Positions 35,801-48,439 of a DNA stretch of 64,000 nt are shown here, piece by piece. Each line of letters begins with the position of its first letter. The first letter of the stretch is position 1. Both the position numbers and the translations under genes were made by a program. The DNA is from Babesia bigemina (Eukaryota), in assembly GCF_000981445.1 (NCBI RefSeq), contig NC_027217.1:2604001-2668000 (forward strand), in the 5' to 3' direction. The notes under the pieces were generated by a model that was not told the DNA's origin, made no database searches, and saw nothing but the letters and a program-made list of their open reading frames with translations.

Positions 35801-37567
35801 GGGCGACAACAGGTCCAGCATTATGGCGACGGCCCCGGAGTCGATGCGCTCGATTGGAAACCTCACCAGAGCACGCACCAGCGCACGCCTCACGTCGCCG
35901 TTGGCCTCCTTGTGCGACAGAGCGTCCAGTATCAGGACCGCCAGCCCCTTGCCGTACATCACGTCCACCAGCTGGCACATCATCGGCAGCCGCCGTGAGA
36001 GTTCAAGCAGGTGCGCGATGAAATTGCCGATAGCGGTCATGCAGGTCTTAGCGTGCTCCTTGTAGACGTCTGCCATCTTTTGCATTCGGAGCGGCCTCAA
36101 GTACGCCAGCAGCACACCCGCGTCGAATTCCTCCATGAAGGCGGCGGAAAAGGTTTGGCCCTTCATGGGGTTCCCCGTGAGCACGGCGAGGGTGTTAAGC
36201 GCGGCTGCGAGCACCAGCGGCTCTGCCATCGTTTCCTTCACGGGCACGATCATCAGATCGAAGATGTGGTACCCGAAGCAGAGCTCCTCGAATGCATGCT
36301 GGCTGGAGATCATCGCGGCGGTGGCGACGCGAATGAGCACGTGGCAGATGAGCGCCTGCGATTGTGTTAGCCTGGATGTGCCCTGCCGTTCCCCGATCAG
36401 GAATTTGAGGTTCGGTATCAGGATGTCACCGCCCAGCTCCGACATGAGTGCCGGCGGCACCCCGCCCACGGTGAGGCTGATGGCCTCCAACACTTGGCAG
36501 ATTCGTTTCACATGCGCTTCGTTCGCGTGTAGCGCGCCGTGCGCGCGCTCGTAGTTGCGCACCTCAGGTATGAGCCGGGTTGCCAGCCCATATTGCAGCA
36601 CGTCCACCAGGTTGTCCTCGTCGAGGCACGCCGTCTTGAACAGGCCCAGGTACTCCGTTTTCCACGGGTCGCGCACGATGTCGGTCACTATGTAGTGCAG
36701 GATGGGTTGTATGAGGCCTGTTGCAGCAATGCCGTTGGTGGCAGGTGCCCTTACCTGCGAACTCCTGGATCTGCGGCAGGCACGTGAGCGCGGTCATGAG
36801 GTTGCGTTGCAGCCGCTGCGGTTAATTCAGTGGTTTTGATCATTGCGTACACCCACCACTGACAGCGAGTCTACAGTCTCGAGCAGAGGCGAGAGCACTT
36901 CCGTCACGATGGACACCGCCTCCTCCCTCCCGGAGTCTCGGCAGGCATTGGCCACGATGGCCATAGCCTGGCTGCCGAGATCCCCGCCAACAACGCACAG
37001 CTGGCAACATCCTCTGGCAGCGTATTTCCGTTGCTTGGGTGGTAATCAGACTCACTTGATGAGGAAACAGTGCGCCTCCGGGTATCTGTTAAGCAGCAGC
37101 ACGCATGTATCCCTGAATGACTCGATCAGCGGTTGCTGCATGGAAATGAATCTGGCGTTTCAGAGATGGCATGGTGTGTTACACTTTCACGTATAAGCAA
37201 GCCTTCCCAGAAGCGCGGCTTTGAACCACATCAGCGGAGCGGATGCAGTCGGTGGAGACGCCAACGGGTTTAGAGGAGCAACTCACCTTCAACAGGTTAG
37301 CTTTCTTCTGCAGGTCCGTCCACGCCGGCGCAAGATCGGCGCGGAGGTAGAGCTGCAGCTGATTAGACGTACGACTGGCTTGTCTCACCTGCAGCGTCAG
37401 CTCCTGGAAGCGTTGGACACCGTTCACCGCATGTTCCGGGATACGCAAGGCGTCCTCCACTGAGTCGAGGATGTTCTGGGCGCTAATCTTCAGCACGGAA
37501 TCCTGTGTGTGTTAGGAGCCGCGGAAGGCTGCGTTACCTCCGAAAGGCGCGCGTGGACATCGTCCAT
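32858..37567 (-). CDS. Large ARM/HEAT-repeat-like hypothetical protein, multi-exon
   Basis: ORFs 34814-36688, 33228-34901 and 32858-33283 join through short GT-AG introns; further small exons up to ATG at 37567 (MDDVHARLSE). Leu-rich helical repeats; no family recognised. Confidence 0.7.
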
Positions 37568-37764
37568 CTGGCGCGGCAGGCTTGCACATCGTCCCAGGTA
37601 AGAACGACGTGGTGTGTAGACGAAAATTCCCTAGGAAGATCTCGTCTGACGCGCGATGCGCATGCGGCGGCCCCGCAAATAGGGGTTGACGGCGTGTGTC
37701 GAAGTAGGGTCGCGGCAATTAGTCTCCGAGAACATATCTAAAGTGACGTTAATCGACCTCAACG

Positions 37765-40404
37765 ATGCCTTACGAGAATGCGTTAAGGTGTCTTTTTTAT
37801 TTGTCTCTTTTCTTGGCGTACTTCGCGTTTTCATTCTCACTCTACAAACTGAGCAAATGGCTGTTCTACCTGATAACGACAACCACCGCGGTGCTGCTGG
37901 CGTGCTGGAGCGTGCGACTTTTTTCACTGTGCCCGTCGATGACGTCGCTGGGCCGTCGGTACGCGGAACTCAAGTACAATGACAAGATAGGGGAGCGCAC
38001 GCAGGCGGCCGTGGCCAGCCTTAACGGCCTATTTTCGCCCTGCGCAGAGGACCCGAAGTTAACAGACCTTGTGCTGCTTGGGCAATCAGTGGACTGGCTT
38101 TACACAGTGTATGCTGGGATATACATTTCGCAGAATGCGGTGATCGGCCACGCCACGCCCGTTGCCTTCATCGACTTCTACGTCGAGCTGAAGTTGTACC
38201 TGACGCTGCTCTCAAAGACCTACCTGAAGCTGGACAGGCCAGACGCCGTGAATATCGTGATTTTCCCGGACGAAGTCCCGTACCACCGTCAGAAGTTCGA
38301 GGGGTTGAAGTTGTACCAAACGGCGCAAAGCCTGCCGGATCCCAAAAATGGGGAAATCTCGCTTCTGTCGGCGCTGAATCGCGCAAACGCCGCGATCATA
38401 TCGTACGAGGATATCTTGGCTCCGTTTGCAGCGTTGCGCGCCAGCTCTAGGTTCACTCTGCTCCGCGAGCTCGGCGTGAAGCTCCACGACAGCATCACGG
38501 GGCTGACCGATCGGCGCAAGAACGGATGTCGCATCACGAGGGTTTTGGGCTCACAGCAGCCCACATTCGGCAGCTTCCACGTCCTAAAAAGCATGATGAT
38601 GTTCCAGTTCCTGGGGAAGTGGGAGAAGGTGCCCGTTCCCAAGTACTTCCCCAACCGGGACTCGCTGCTGGACTGCATGCTCGTGCCAAACATCGAGATC
38701 CTGGAGGAAGCGGAGAAAAGCCAAAAGCGCATCTCAGACTTCTCGCCAAAAGGCAAGGATCTGCTCGGGTTGCTCAGCATGCTCCACGGTACCAACATTT
38801 TTGAGGTCCTCTACGGCCAGGGCTACGAGGAGCGGTTCTCCCGCCACCCCATGGTGATGATGTTCAACAACAACGCGGAGTGCTACGAGTTCAAGATGGC
38901 GTACCAAGATGACGTTGCGCACTACGTACAGACCGGCAGGAACGTCTACTTGTTCAACTACGCCGAGGTATGCGACTCCACCGGCGACACCGTGTTGTCG
39001 TCGACGTTCCACGACGCGCGACACTTGGCGGACTCGTTGATACAGCGTTTCTCGACGAACTTCCCCAACAGCACCGGGTTCACCCTTGGTTTCCACGGGA
39101 CGAGCATCGGCGGGATGTATGCAATCAAGACCGCGACCCATGTGGCCTCCGTCCACCCACGCAGCCTCCTTTCGTTCGCGCTCTTCCAGAAGACATTCGG
39201 CAGCCTCTACAACATGGCGTGGTTCCGTATGGGGTGGATAGGGCAGGTGTTCTCCATCTTCTTCGGCTCGAGCGTGGACGTGTACGAGGACTACACGAGC
39301 TTGGACATACCCAAGACGGCCGTGTTTGACGTCAACGACCTCATCATCCCCTCGAACCTGAGCCTCTCAGCTCACGTCGCACACCGGTACATGAAGGACA
39401 ATTACGGAGATTTCGCGAAGGCGTTCTACGAGGTGGCGGCCCTCTACCGCAACTCGGAGATGGCGCTCGTGCGCAGCAACGAGGCCGATCGCGTGTACGC
39501 GGCGTTCTACGCCCTCAACTCAGCAGGTATCCACCTGGGCGTGCAGGATGCGCTCGTGCGCGATGATTGGCACAAGGATAAGACCTATCTGGCCCTGTTC
39601 TTGGCGCGCATGGTGACGTTCGGCAGCCTCCCCGCCAACCCCACGGTGACAATGCGACCCTGGCCGCTGCGCATCAGGCATCTCTGGATGATGCTCTCCC
39701 AGTGCCGCGTGGGCGGGTTCGTCGCCGGGGAGCAGTACGCGCACCGCTACTTGGAGATGCCTAGCAGAATCGCCCTGCTCTTCAACATGTTTTTCAAGGG
39801 GCGCGCTGCCCTCAATGTCAAAACGCCGCTGCAAAACACGGCCGTTACGCGCGAGACGCCTACGTACGTTCCCGCCGCGCCCGACGGCACCCCCGGGTGG
39901 AAGGTGGTTGAGCCAACAGCCGATGACGACCAGAGCGCGTTGCGCTACTTCGTGTTCTGGCCGAGGAACAAATCGAGGTTCACGGCGAACATCACCGACT
40001 GCACCAGCGACACGGCGCTCAAGGTGCTGCAAGAAGACCTGGCCTTCTTCGAACTGGATACCACGCCGCTGGACGGTGTACAGGTGTACGCCTGGATGCA
40101 GCTGTACACGCTGCTGCATACCGTCGCGCTGCTACACACGTTGAAGGAGTGCAGCGACGCGGAGCCACAGGCGCTGATCAAGGTCGGGGCGTTCGTAGAG
40201 TCCGTCATGCGCCATGCCTTCGACGAGGGCAACTCGGCCCCCGTAGTCAAAGCGCCTGCCCTGGTGAACGGGCCCCACGCAGATGATGTCGCCTTCTTCA
40301 GCAACCGCTACAGGATTTTCGGGAACGTGCTCACGACATTCACCAGCCACGAAATCCTGCTCGATGAGGGGGATCGCAAACTACTGGCACACTTTTTCAC
40401 GTGA
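37765..40404 (+). CDS. Membrane-anchored alpha/beta hydrolase-fold protein
   Basis: Two N-terminal hydrophobic segments, nucleophile elbow LGFHGTSIGG, NVYLFNY, QKTFGSL, candidate acid (DVNDLII) and C-terminal His (TSHE). Confidence 0.7.
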   Translation: MPYENALRCLFYLSLFLAYFAFSFSLYKLSKWLFYLITTTTAVLLACWSVRLFSLCPSMTSLGRRYAELKYNDKIGERTQAAVASLNGLFSPCAEDPKLTDLVLLGQSVDWLYTVYAGIYISQNAVIGHATPVAFIDFYVELKLYLTLLSKTYLKLDRPDAVNIVIFPDEVPYHRQKFEGLKLYQTAQSLPDPKNGEISLLSALNRANAAIISYEDILAPFAALRASSRFTLLRELGVKLHDSITGLTDRRKNGCRITRVLGSQQPTFGSFHVLKSMMMFQFLGKWEKVPVPKYFPNRDSLLDCMLVPNIEILEEAEKSQKRISDFSPKGKDLLGLLSMLHGTNIFEVLYGQGYEERFSRHPMVMMFNNNAECYEFKMAYQDDVAHYVQTGRNVYLFNYAEVCDSTGDTVLSSTFHDARHLADSLIQRFSTNFPNSTGFTLGFHGTSIGGMYAIKTATHVASVHPRSLLSFALFQKTFGSLYNMAWFRMGWIGQVFSIFFGSSVDVYEDYTSLDIPKTAVFDVNDLIIPSNLSLSAHVAHRYMKDNYGDFAKAFYEVAALYRNSEMALVRSNEADRVYAAFYALNSAGIHLGVQDALVRDDWHKDKTYLALFLARMVTFGSLPANPTVTMRPWPLRIRHLWMMLSQCRVGGFVAGEQYAHRYLEMPSRIALLFNMFFKGRAALNVKTPLQNTAVTRETPTYVPAAPDGTPGWKVVEPTADDDQSALRYFVFWPRNKSRFTANITDCTSDTALKVLQEDLAFFELDTTPLDGVQVYAWMQLYTLLHTVALLHTLKECSDAEPQALIKVGAFVESVMRHAFDEGNSAPVVKAPALVNGPHADDVAFFSNRYRIFGNVLTTFTSHEILLDEGDRKLLAHFFT

Positions 40405-40493
40405 AGTGCTACAGGGGAATCATTAGGTTCCGTATTTTAATGTCATTGTAAAGACGTGGATGGCGCGCTGCCGCCTGCTATCCAGGCAGCCAC

Positions 40494-40856
40494 CTACCAC
40501 AAAACGCCAATGGAGGTAGCCGCGGCGAACATCAGAGTCGCTCCACACGCAGCAGCGATGCTGAGCCTGCGAATCCGACGCCTGACGTGGGCGTCGCTCG
40601 GGGGCGGGATCATCGCTGCGTTCCTCCGCAGTTTAGAGGCAGCAAGCAGTTGCTGCTGTGCGGGCATGCTCCGGTTGGCCCCCGAAAATGGGGGCGACCC
40701 CTGCCCGCCCGAAGCGTTGCTACGCTCGTACTGACGCAGGTAGATGAAGTGCTCATCCCTGTTGAACTTGTGCGCTCCGTTCAGTCGGTGCCTGTTGAAG
40801 CCCTTTATGGGCTCATGTGACGCGTTGTAAGCGTTATCCAATGCTCCGAACTGCAT
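40494..40856 (-). CDS. Small hypothetical protein with C-terminal TM; may have an upstream exon
   Basis: ORF ending RRRIRRLSIAAACGATLMFAAATSIGVLW*. Confidence 0.5.
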   Translation of the reverse strand: MQFGALDNAYNASHEPIKGFNRHRLNGAHKFNRDEHFIYLRQYERSNASGGQGSPPFSGANRSMPAQQQLLAASKLRRNAAMIPPPSDAHVRRRIRRLSIAAACGATLMFAAATSIGVLW

Positions 40857-41055
40857 ACTGTCAATATCCAAAGGGATAATTTTTTAGCATTATGTTGGCA
40901 CTGCTAGACCTCCAACGGCCGACGACCAGGGCTCGGCCCGCAACGCTTGCCGATGCCAATGGGCGCCAACACCGAACGCCTGGCTCCTATAGCACCGTAA
41001 ATACGACCTTCAGCACCTAATGTCGGCGACCACGACAGTTGCCCAGCATGCTCAT

Positions 41056-41217
41056 CTACTCCGACTCCGCCTTGACGCGTTGCAGCTGCTGCTGGACGTC
41101 GCGCACCACCGCCGCGTGCCTCCGCCAATGCTGCCTGCGCTTGTTGTAGATGACGGCGGCAACAGCCAGAACTGAGAAGGAAGACGTCGCTACTACGACG
41201 ACGCGTCTGCTCACCAT
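41056..41217 (-). CDS. PET117-like cytochrome c oxidase assembly microprotein (53 aa)
   Basis: MVSRRVVVVATSSFSVLAVAAVIYNKRRQHWRRHAAVVRDVQQQLQRVKAESE*: N-terminal TM followed by H..VVRD..Q, resembling the PET117 family pattern. Confidence 0.6.
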   Translation of the reverse strand: MVSRRVVVVATSSFSVLAVAAVIYNKRRQHWRRHAAVVRDVQQQLQRVKAESE

Positions 41218-41846
41218 GTGTCAGCTGTAAACCAGCCAACCGGGCCGCCTAGACGGTGTGAACCGTGTAGCCAATCAGTATTTATGTTAGCCCGGTGATG
41301 AGTGTCCCGTAGGGTTATTTTGAAATTTTTTCTGTGGGCGTTCTTACGGGTTGTGGCGCGGAAGGCAGGGGGATTCCGAGGCTATACCGCGGCGATGCGC
41401 TACTAAACACGTGCACCTCTGTGACAGGCGGTTATGCTATAGAAGTGCCGTCTAGATGCTACTGTAACTGAAGAGGCGCTCGAGATTCCACCCTGGTTAA
41501 CGCAGGTTGACGGCCATCCCTCCAGCACGACGCCATTGACGCTGCTTTACAGGATACTGCAACGTTTGCAGGTAGCATGGTATGTGTTGAAAACGGTGTA
41601 ATAAAGGGGTTGCTGGCGTTTCAAGGTGATGTGTATTGCGTAGGCGGCCGCAGTGTCTGGAGGGCTCCATAGGGCGACGCGGCCCATGTGGCGGAGATTG
41701 TCTACCGGCGGCTTATCCGCGCCTTCATACGGAGTTATTGTTTATTAAGTCGGTCACTATGGCTTAAATTGAGTTGTGGAAGAGTGCGGCGTATGCCATA
41801 TGAATCGGGGTGCCCATAACCACGGAGAAGCGCCGCCTTCGTCACG

Positions 41847-44800
41847 ATGTTTCGAGAAGAGGTCGTCGCGGCGGTGTTTGCGGCTCACGAGGGGAGCTAT
41901 GTGGCCACGCAGCGGCTGCAGCAGCTCGTGGAGTGCCGCGACGACCCTGCGGACCCCGCGATGGCACTCGAGCTGCAGCGACAGCTGGCGCTCGCCTACG
42001 ACGCCCTCATATCGCTAACGCAGATATCGCACAACAGTCGGGATGAGGCCGTACTGGCCTTCGTTTCGACCAAGGGCGCCGCGGCGACGCGCGAGAACTA
42101 CATCGAGTGCGTCGACCTGCTGCGCTTCTACGGGTTCACGCTGCTCGTCAAGTTCGTGGAGAACCACTGGCACAGACTGCCGGACGAGCTGCGACGCCGC
42201 TGCAAGGGCGACATGGAGCGCCTGTTCTCATGCGGGCGGGGGGAGCCCACGGTCGCGGCGGAGTACAACGCGCTGGCGGCACCCAAGGTATCGCAATATG
42301 TCGCCACCATCGCCATCAGGGAGTGGCCGGTGAGTTGGCATGAGTTCATCCCCCTCTGCCTGCAATCCCTGAATGCGCGGTTCGCATCGCTGGGCGGAAA
42401 GGCCAACGAGTGCAAGCAGACACTCGCGGAGCTCTGCATTTTCGGCGGCCTGCTCTCGGAGATATCGGTGGACATCACCGACTGCATGGACAACAAGGTG
42501 CTCTACAAGAAACGCACGCAAATACTGGGGCTATTCCAGAACCACATCTGCGAAATCTTCCTGATGATACACCGCGTCATCGTACTGGGGATGTTGAACG
42601 GGCAGCCGCAGATCCTGCAGATGGTCATCTCAATATTCCGCAACCTCTCGGGGATCATGGACGGGTTCGTGTTCGTCGAGTTCGACGTGGACGACTTCCT
42701 GCGCGCGAACATCGACGTCACCAACCGCTCGGACGTCATACAGACGCTGCACAACATATGCACCAACGTGGTGCGCAAGCCGCTGAAGAACATGCCCAAG
42801 AGCCCGGATTTCGACCTATCGAACGACGCCTACAAGCTCAAGCTCAATCGCTTTGTACGCAACCTCGTCTCGGTCGGGGAATCAATGCAGTTGGACTGCT
42901 CCCTCGAGACTGCCTGCGACCAGCTGCAGCTGACACAGGCGATCAAGGTGCTCTTCGAGCGCAACGGGGTATACGTGCTGACCAACCTGGACGTTGACTC
43001 GCTCAAGCTGTTGGTCGAGTACCTGCAGGGGCACCTGGTGATGCACCCGTCGATGCAGATCGCCACCTGCGCTGTGACTGCGTTGAACGGGATGCTTAGG
43101 CGGGTCGGTGCGCTGGGCGAGGCTCGACTGTGCGGCGAGTACCACTCCGGCGTGTTCGTGCCGAACCCCTGCGTGCGTTGGCTTGACCACCGCCGCATGT
43201 TGCTGGTGCTGTTCGTGCGATGCCTGAAGATGGGCAACACCGCGCTTTCGGAGAATGCGGAGCATCCCAGCTCTTCATCCACCATCGACGAGTTCATTGC
43301 GGAGTCTGTCGGCACGTACCACGTGCGGTCGCAGCGCTGGTCAAAACTGCTGTTTGCCTACGTGCCAATAGACGACGAGTTTTGCGTGGGGCAACTGAAG
43401 AACTTCGAGCCGCGGTTCGCCGCGCTCCGCTCCGCAATCCTCAATTGCGTATCGCTTCTCTGCACGGTGAGCCACGACTACATGAACGCCTGCATCAAGG
43501 CGCTGGCGGACATATTCACCACCGCCCAGCGGGTGGTGATGGACGCGCCGTGCGTGCATGCGGCCAGCATATGCACGATACAAAACATTTCGGAGAAGCG
43601 GCTGCAGTGGACCTGCAAGAAGCTGGTGCTCTTTGACGGCACGTGTTTCATGTTCGAGGCCGCGCTCTCCCGGTTGCGTGGCGCGACGATCGACGTGACG
43701 ACCACCGTCGACAATACGAAGACGCCGGAATGGATGCAGCCTGCCGCGGCAAATAGCGTGCTGCAAGCCGCACAGGCAAAGGCTGGTGGAAACATGGTAG
43801 ACACTTGGATCTCCACCGGTCTGACCTACCTGCTGCATATGTTGGGGCTGCAGCTGCCCAGCGTGCACGGCGCGCAGCTCGAGGTGCGCCGGTTGGGGAT
43901 GCTGTCGAGCTCGGCCATTCTGCTGCTGTACAACTCGGAGCCGACGGAACGCATTTTGGAGTACGTAGTGGGACTGCTACTGGTCCAGGGTGCGGGTGAC
44001 GGACATGTCACCAAGGTACACAGGTCTGCTCTCGTGACGCTGATATCGCTCTGCAAGAGCTGCTCAGGCCTCGTTTCGGCGTATGTTGAGCCCATTGTTC
44101 AGCGTATCCGGCAGTGCTTGAACGTGGCGGAGGATGAGTCGGCGCGGGACCTGCTCTTGGAGTCACTGGTGGCACTGACGTCGTGCCTGCAGAATTTCGA
44201 GACGCAGCGCAGGCTGACCAACGAAATTATCGCACCGTACGTGGATGACATTGCCGCACTCGCCACGAAGGTCTCATCAGTGAAATTGGAGGAGCGGCCG
44301 GCGATGTTGTTTGCCTTCCTGTACGGGTCGGGGCCCAACCCGGCTTCGGCGTCTGGGAGCCCCGCCCGTGAGGCCACGGATGAGGAGTCTCTGGACCGCA
44401 GGCGACGCAACCTGCGTCGGGTTTTCACAATGTCGCTGTCGATAATACGATGCTGCGTAGTGCCAAACAGTCCGGAAGAACGAAGCAAGGCCAACCATGC
44501 GGAGCGTGTTCCTGTGCGCCACCCACTGGAGGATCGCCTGCTCGATATCTTCGTATCGACGTGCACCATCCTCCGCGCGTTGTCGGGGATGTGGCGACCC
44601 GGGTTCAGGACGCAGGACGACTGGAGGAAGGTGGTGTTGAGCCCTGGCGAGGAGGAGTGGATTTCGCTGCAGGGGTTCAACGAGGCGATCGCCACAGAAG
44701 AGAGCCTGCGGCGCCTGGTTGAGTCGGTGTTCAGCATTCCATCCACCATGGACGCCAAGTTGGTAAGGAAATGCCGCCGTCACGACTTCCTGCTGCGGCA

Positions 44801-46087
44801 GTCGGCGCTGAAGTTGTGCGGGGAAATTTTCTCCACGGCCATCACCTTCAAGATCGACCTCGTCCCACATGCAGAGGCCGTTGTTATGGAGGCGCTGGTC
44901 GAGCCGCTGGAGTGGATTTCGATGTCGCACCTCGCGCAATACCTCAAGTTCGCTCTGGTGCCCTCAAAACTGTCACTGCGCAATGTTCTGTCCAAGGTCA
45001 TATCCACCATCTCGGAGCGCATCAACGCCGAGTGGAAGGCACTCAATCGCCTGCAGCGCAACCTGCTGGCGGGTGACGAAGGCGCTGCGGCGAACCGTAG
45101 TGCAGAGTCGCGTATACTCCACCTGTACTACCTGCGCGTGTACGCCTCCATAGAGACTGGTCTGCAGTTGATGGCGCTGGTGGCAACGGCGTTCCGCATT
45201 CGGTGTTTGCACGCCTTGGAAAATGAAAGCGAGGCTGGATCTGACGAGGTTGTGATGATGGGCACGCCCGGAAGCGAGCAGGTGTCGGTGGTGTTTGGGT
45301 CCCGTGAGCTGCTCACGTGCATCCTGCAGTGCCTCTGCAGTGCGCTCTGCTGGCCGCATTGCCGCTGCGTCACTGAGGCGCTGCGGCTGCTGCGCACGTA
45401 CGCCAAAATCGCGCCCACGATGGACTCATATTCCGTCAGCATCGCGGAGTCGTTTGCCTCCGAGGTCCTCCTGGTGCTGCACAAGCAGCTCAGGATAGAG
45501 CGCACTTTCGACCCCCTTAACCTCGGAAACGACGAGGGGCACGGCTCCACCACCACGGCGTACAAGCGCTTCTGGTCCAACACCCGCGACGGCAGCACAA
45601 ACTACATCAAGGAGTTCGTGAACACCATGAGCACCTTCTACGAGTGCCTGGTCAAATGCCAGCCGGGCGTCACGGGCGTTCTGAACCAGGGCGAAATCAA
45701 CGTCCAAGCGCTGCTACGCTTCAGCTCGGTCGTCGAGGCCGTCAAACTGCTCACTCCGTACCTGCAGGAGCACGAGTGCCTCAACTTCCTGACCAAGATC
45801 ATTTCACACAACTCCGTCGAGTCACGGGCGCTCCTGCAGGCCGGAATCGAGGCGAACGTTTTGGTGAGTTACGCTAACGAGCGAGTGACAGTGTCGCAGG
45901 ACCAGAATGCGCGTGCTAACGCAAAGATGCTCCAGTTCACTGCAAGCATATTGGAGACACGGTCGGCGATGGGTATGTGTACTTGCGCTTGTGTGTGTGA
46001 CAACGTGCAGAAATCGAGCGATCCGGCTCAGGGGAATCAGACGACGAATTCCTGGGGTCAGACATAGCGTATCTGCTGTTCGAGTAG
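41847..46087 (+). CDS. Importin-beta superfamily exportin (exportin-5/Msn5-like)
   Basis: IBN_N-like RFYGFTLLVKFVENHWHRL, Xpo1-like IAIREWPVSWHEFI, HEAT repeats. Two short 3' introns give the end ...DIAYLLFE* (TAG 46085-46087). Confidence 0.75.
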
Positions 46088-46177
46088 AAAAGCCCGGCGC
46101 GCGTCACCCTTGTCTGCGCCCCCATCCGCGTCGCCGTCCGTTGCGGCCGACGCCACGCACAGACACCTTTTAACACA

Positions 46178-47752
46178 ATGCAGAAACTATTAGATTCCTG
46201 CTGCAAATACTGCGGCTCCGACCAGATAGAGTCCTGCAAGCAGCAGGGCGAGCTGGTCTGCCGCAACTGTGGCGCAGTCCTCCAGGAAAACAACGTACTT
46301 GAGGCCGTACAATATGCCGAAAACCCAGCGGGTAATTCCACGCTCATCGGGCGGTTCGTGCCCACCGGCGGCGGTGGCATGGGATCGCTCAAGTACAGCT
46401 CATCGCAGACCCTCGACCAGCTGGTAAGGCGCGGCGAGCAGAACATTCAGCGCACGGCCTGCCACCTCAACATCTCCAGCGAGCTCGTCACCAAGGCGAC
46501 GCGGATATACTCCCTGGCGGTACAGCGCAACTTCACCATGGGACGTAACAACAAGCACGTCGCCTGCTGTTGTTTGTACACGGCCTGCCGGCGATTCAAG
46601 GCGCCATATCTGCTCATCGACTTCGCCGACGTCTTGCAGGTGCCGGTGAAGATCATCGGGCAGGTGTTCATGAAGCTGGTGCGCATGCTGCACCTCGAGG
46701 TGCCCAACGTGGACCCCTCCATCTTCTTCGAGCGCTTCGCCAACGAGCTGCAGCTCAAGGAGAAGGTCGACCAGATCATCACGACCGGCGTCAGGCTCAT
46801 CCAGGCGATGCGCCGTGACTGGCTCTGCACTGGGCGCAGGCCAACTGGTCTCTGTGGAGCTGCGCTGGTCGTGGCTGCACGCATCCACGGCATCCCGCTG
46901 AACGCGGAGGCCGTCGCGTCGGTGGTACGCATATCGCATCCTACAATTATGAAACGCCTGTCGGAGTTCCGCGGAACGTCGACCGCACGCCTGTTGACGA
47001 GCGAGGTGGACATTGTCGACCTGGAGAAGTTGCCGGCCAACCCCCTCCCGCCCTGCATGATGGCCAAGAAGCTGGCCCTGGAAAAGAAACGTAGGCTTGA
47101 GTCGGAGACCGGTTCCACATGTTCTGACAACGGACGGGCCTCGATAACGAGCGGCGAAGACAGCCCGCTTTTGACCTCGACTCAGTTGCAGCTGCCGGTC
47201 CAGGGGAAGATCGACCTGCACCTCTCCAACGACTTGCTTTGCCTGGATGCACCAACGGCAAGCGACATCAATCATATCGCAGACACCATCATGGGAGCGG
47301 CACCCCAGCTGGGCTGGGCGCTGCCCAAGGCCGATGGCGCCGGGGACGGGCCTAACTCGAGCAACTCCGAGAGCATTGTGCCCAAAGCGGCTCTCACTAC
47401 TATCGCAATTCCGCAGTCTCGTGCGGATGGTCATTTGAGCTCCGACGACGAGGACGATGAAAGGGAGTTCAGTTTCATGATCTTGTCGCCTGACGAGAAG
47501 GCTGCCAAGACGCTGCTGTGGGACGAGGTCACGAAGGATATCATGCCGGAGGTCTGGCGCAGACAGGCGGAGCGCAAGCGCAAGGAGGCGCTGGGCAAGA
47601 CTATTAAGAAGCGCAAATACTGCAGGAAATCGTATGCGGACTACCCTGAGGCGCAAAACGCAGCGCAGTCTGCGCGCATGGCGCTGGAGCGTCACGCCAA
47701 GGATTTCTCAAACAGGATGAACCAGGAGTTCCTGGATACAATCCTGGCGTAG
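46178..47752 (+). CDS. BRF1: RNA polymerase III transcription factor TFIIIB subunit BRF1
   Basis: Zn ribbon CKYCG..VCRNCGAVL, cyclin repeats, RDWLCTGRRPTGLCGAAL, C-terminal homology block ILSPDEKAAKTLLWDEV. Confidence 0.95.
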   Translation: MQKLLDSCCKYCGSDQIESCKQQGELVCRNCGAVLQENNVLEAVQYAENPAGNSTLIGRFVPTGGGGMGSLKYSSSQTLDQLVRRGEQNIQRTACHLNISSELVTKATRIYSLAVQRNFTMGRNNKHVACCCLYTACRRFKAPYLLIDFADVLQVPVKIIGQVFMKLVRMLHLEVPNVDPSIFFERFANELQLKEKVDQIITTGVRLIQAMRRDWLCTGRRPTGLCGAALVVAARIHGIPLNAEAVASVVRISHPTIMKRLSEFRGTSTARLLTSEVDIVDLEKLPANPLPPCMMAKKLALEKKRRLESETGSTCSDNGRASITSGEDSPLLTSTQLQLPVQGKIDLHLSNDLLCLDAPTASDINHIADTIMGAAPQLGWALPKADGAGDGPNSSNSESIVPKAALTTIAIPQSRADGHLSSDDEDDEREFSFMILSPDEKAAKTLLWDEVTKDIMPEVWRRQAERKRKEALGKTIKKRKYCRKSYADYPEAQNAAQSARMALERHAKDFSNRMNQEFLDTILA

Positions 47753-48439
47753 TACGCATGATTGGGATACACGGTGGAGGTACTGGTCAACCCTGCGACC
47801 GGATTGGCGGTTGTAATATATGTTGCCAATGCAATGAACACGCCAATAATCTTTGCGTTGGCTGTCACGTAGCTACTGCGGGTTGGCTGTTGCTGGGTGT
47901 TAGGTGCGGTTGGTGTTTGTGGGTGTTGTGTTACGTTGCTGATAAAGTGGTTGGTTAAGTGGTGTGTCGATATGTATTGTTGGGGTTTGTTGGTTGCTAG
48001 ATGCTGCATGCCGCCGGGTGCTACATAGCATCTTGGTCGTGAGGGTATAGTCGGATCAATACATTGGGTCTAACAAAATGGATGTAAGCGTGGTGCAAGT
48101 ATGGAGGCGGAAGGTGGTTATCAGGGAAATCGGTGTCACCAACCAATGCCATCGGGGAGGCTGCGGCAATAATGGCACCGAGATTGCCCATGAAGTATGA
48201 ACGCTACCACGGGTGGCAAACGTTACGTACGGCCTTATTACGGCGAGGAGCCAGCAACGAAGTCCAAAAGCGTAAAAGACGTAATTTCGCAGCAAGCAGG
48301 AGAAGCGGACGACGCTACGGGGAGCCGGTTAAAACGCGATGGACAACTCCAAACATACATGATTGGGCTAATTAGGGCGCTACATTCATGTCGTTTGTTT
48401 ATTGCGATATCGAGGTGCTACGTGAGTTGTGTGAAGCTA

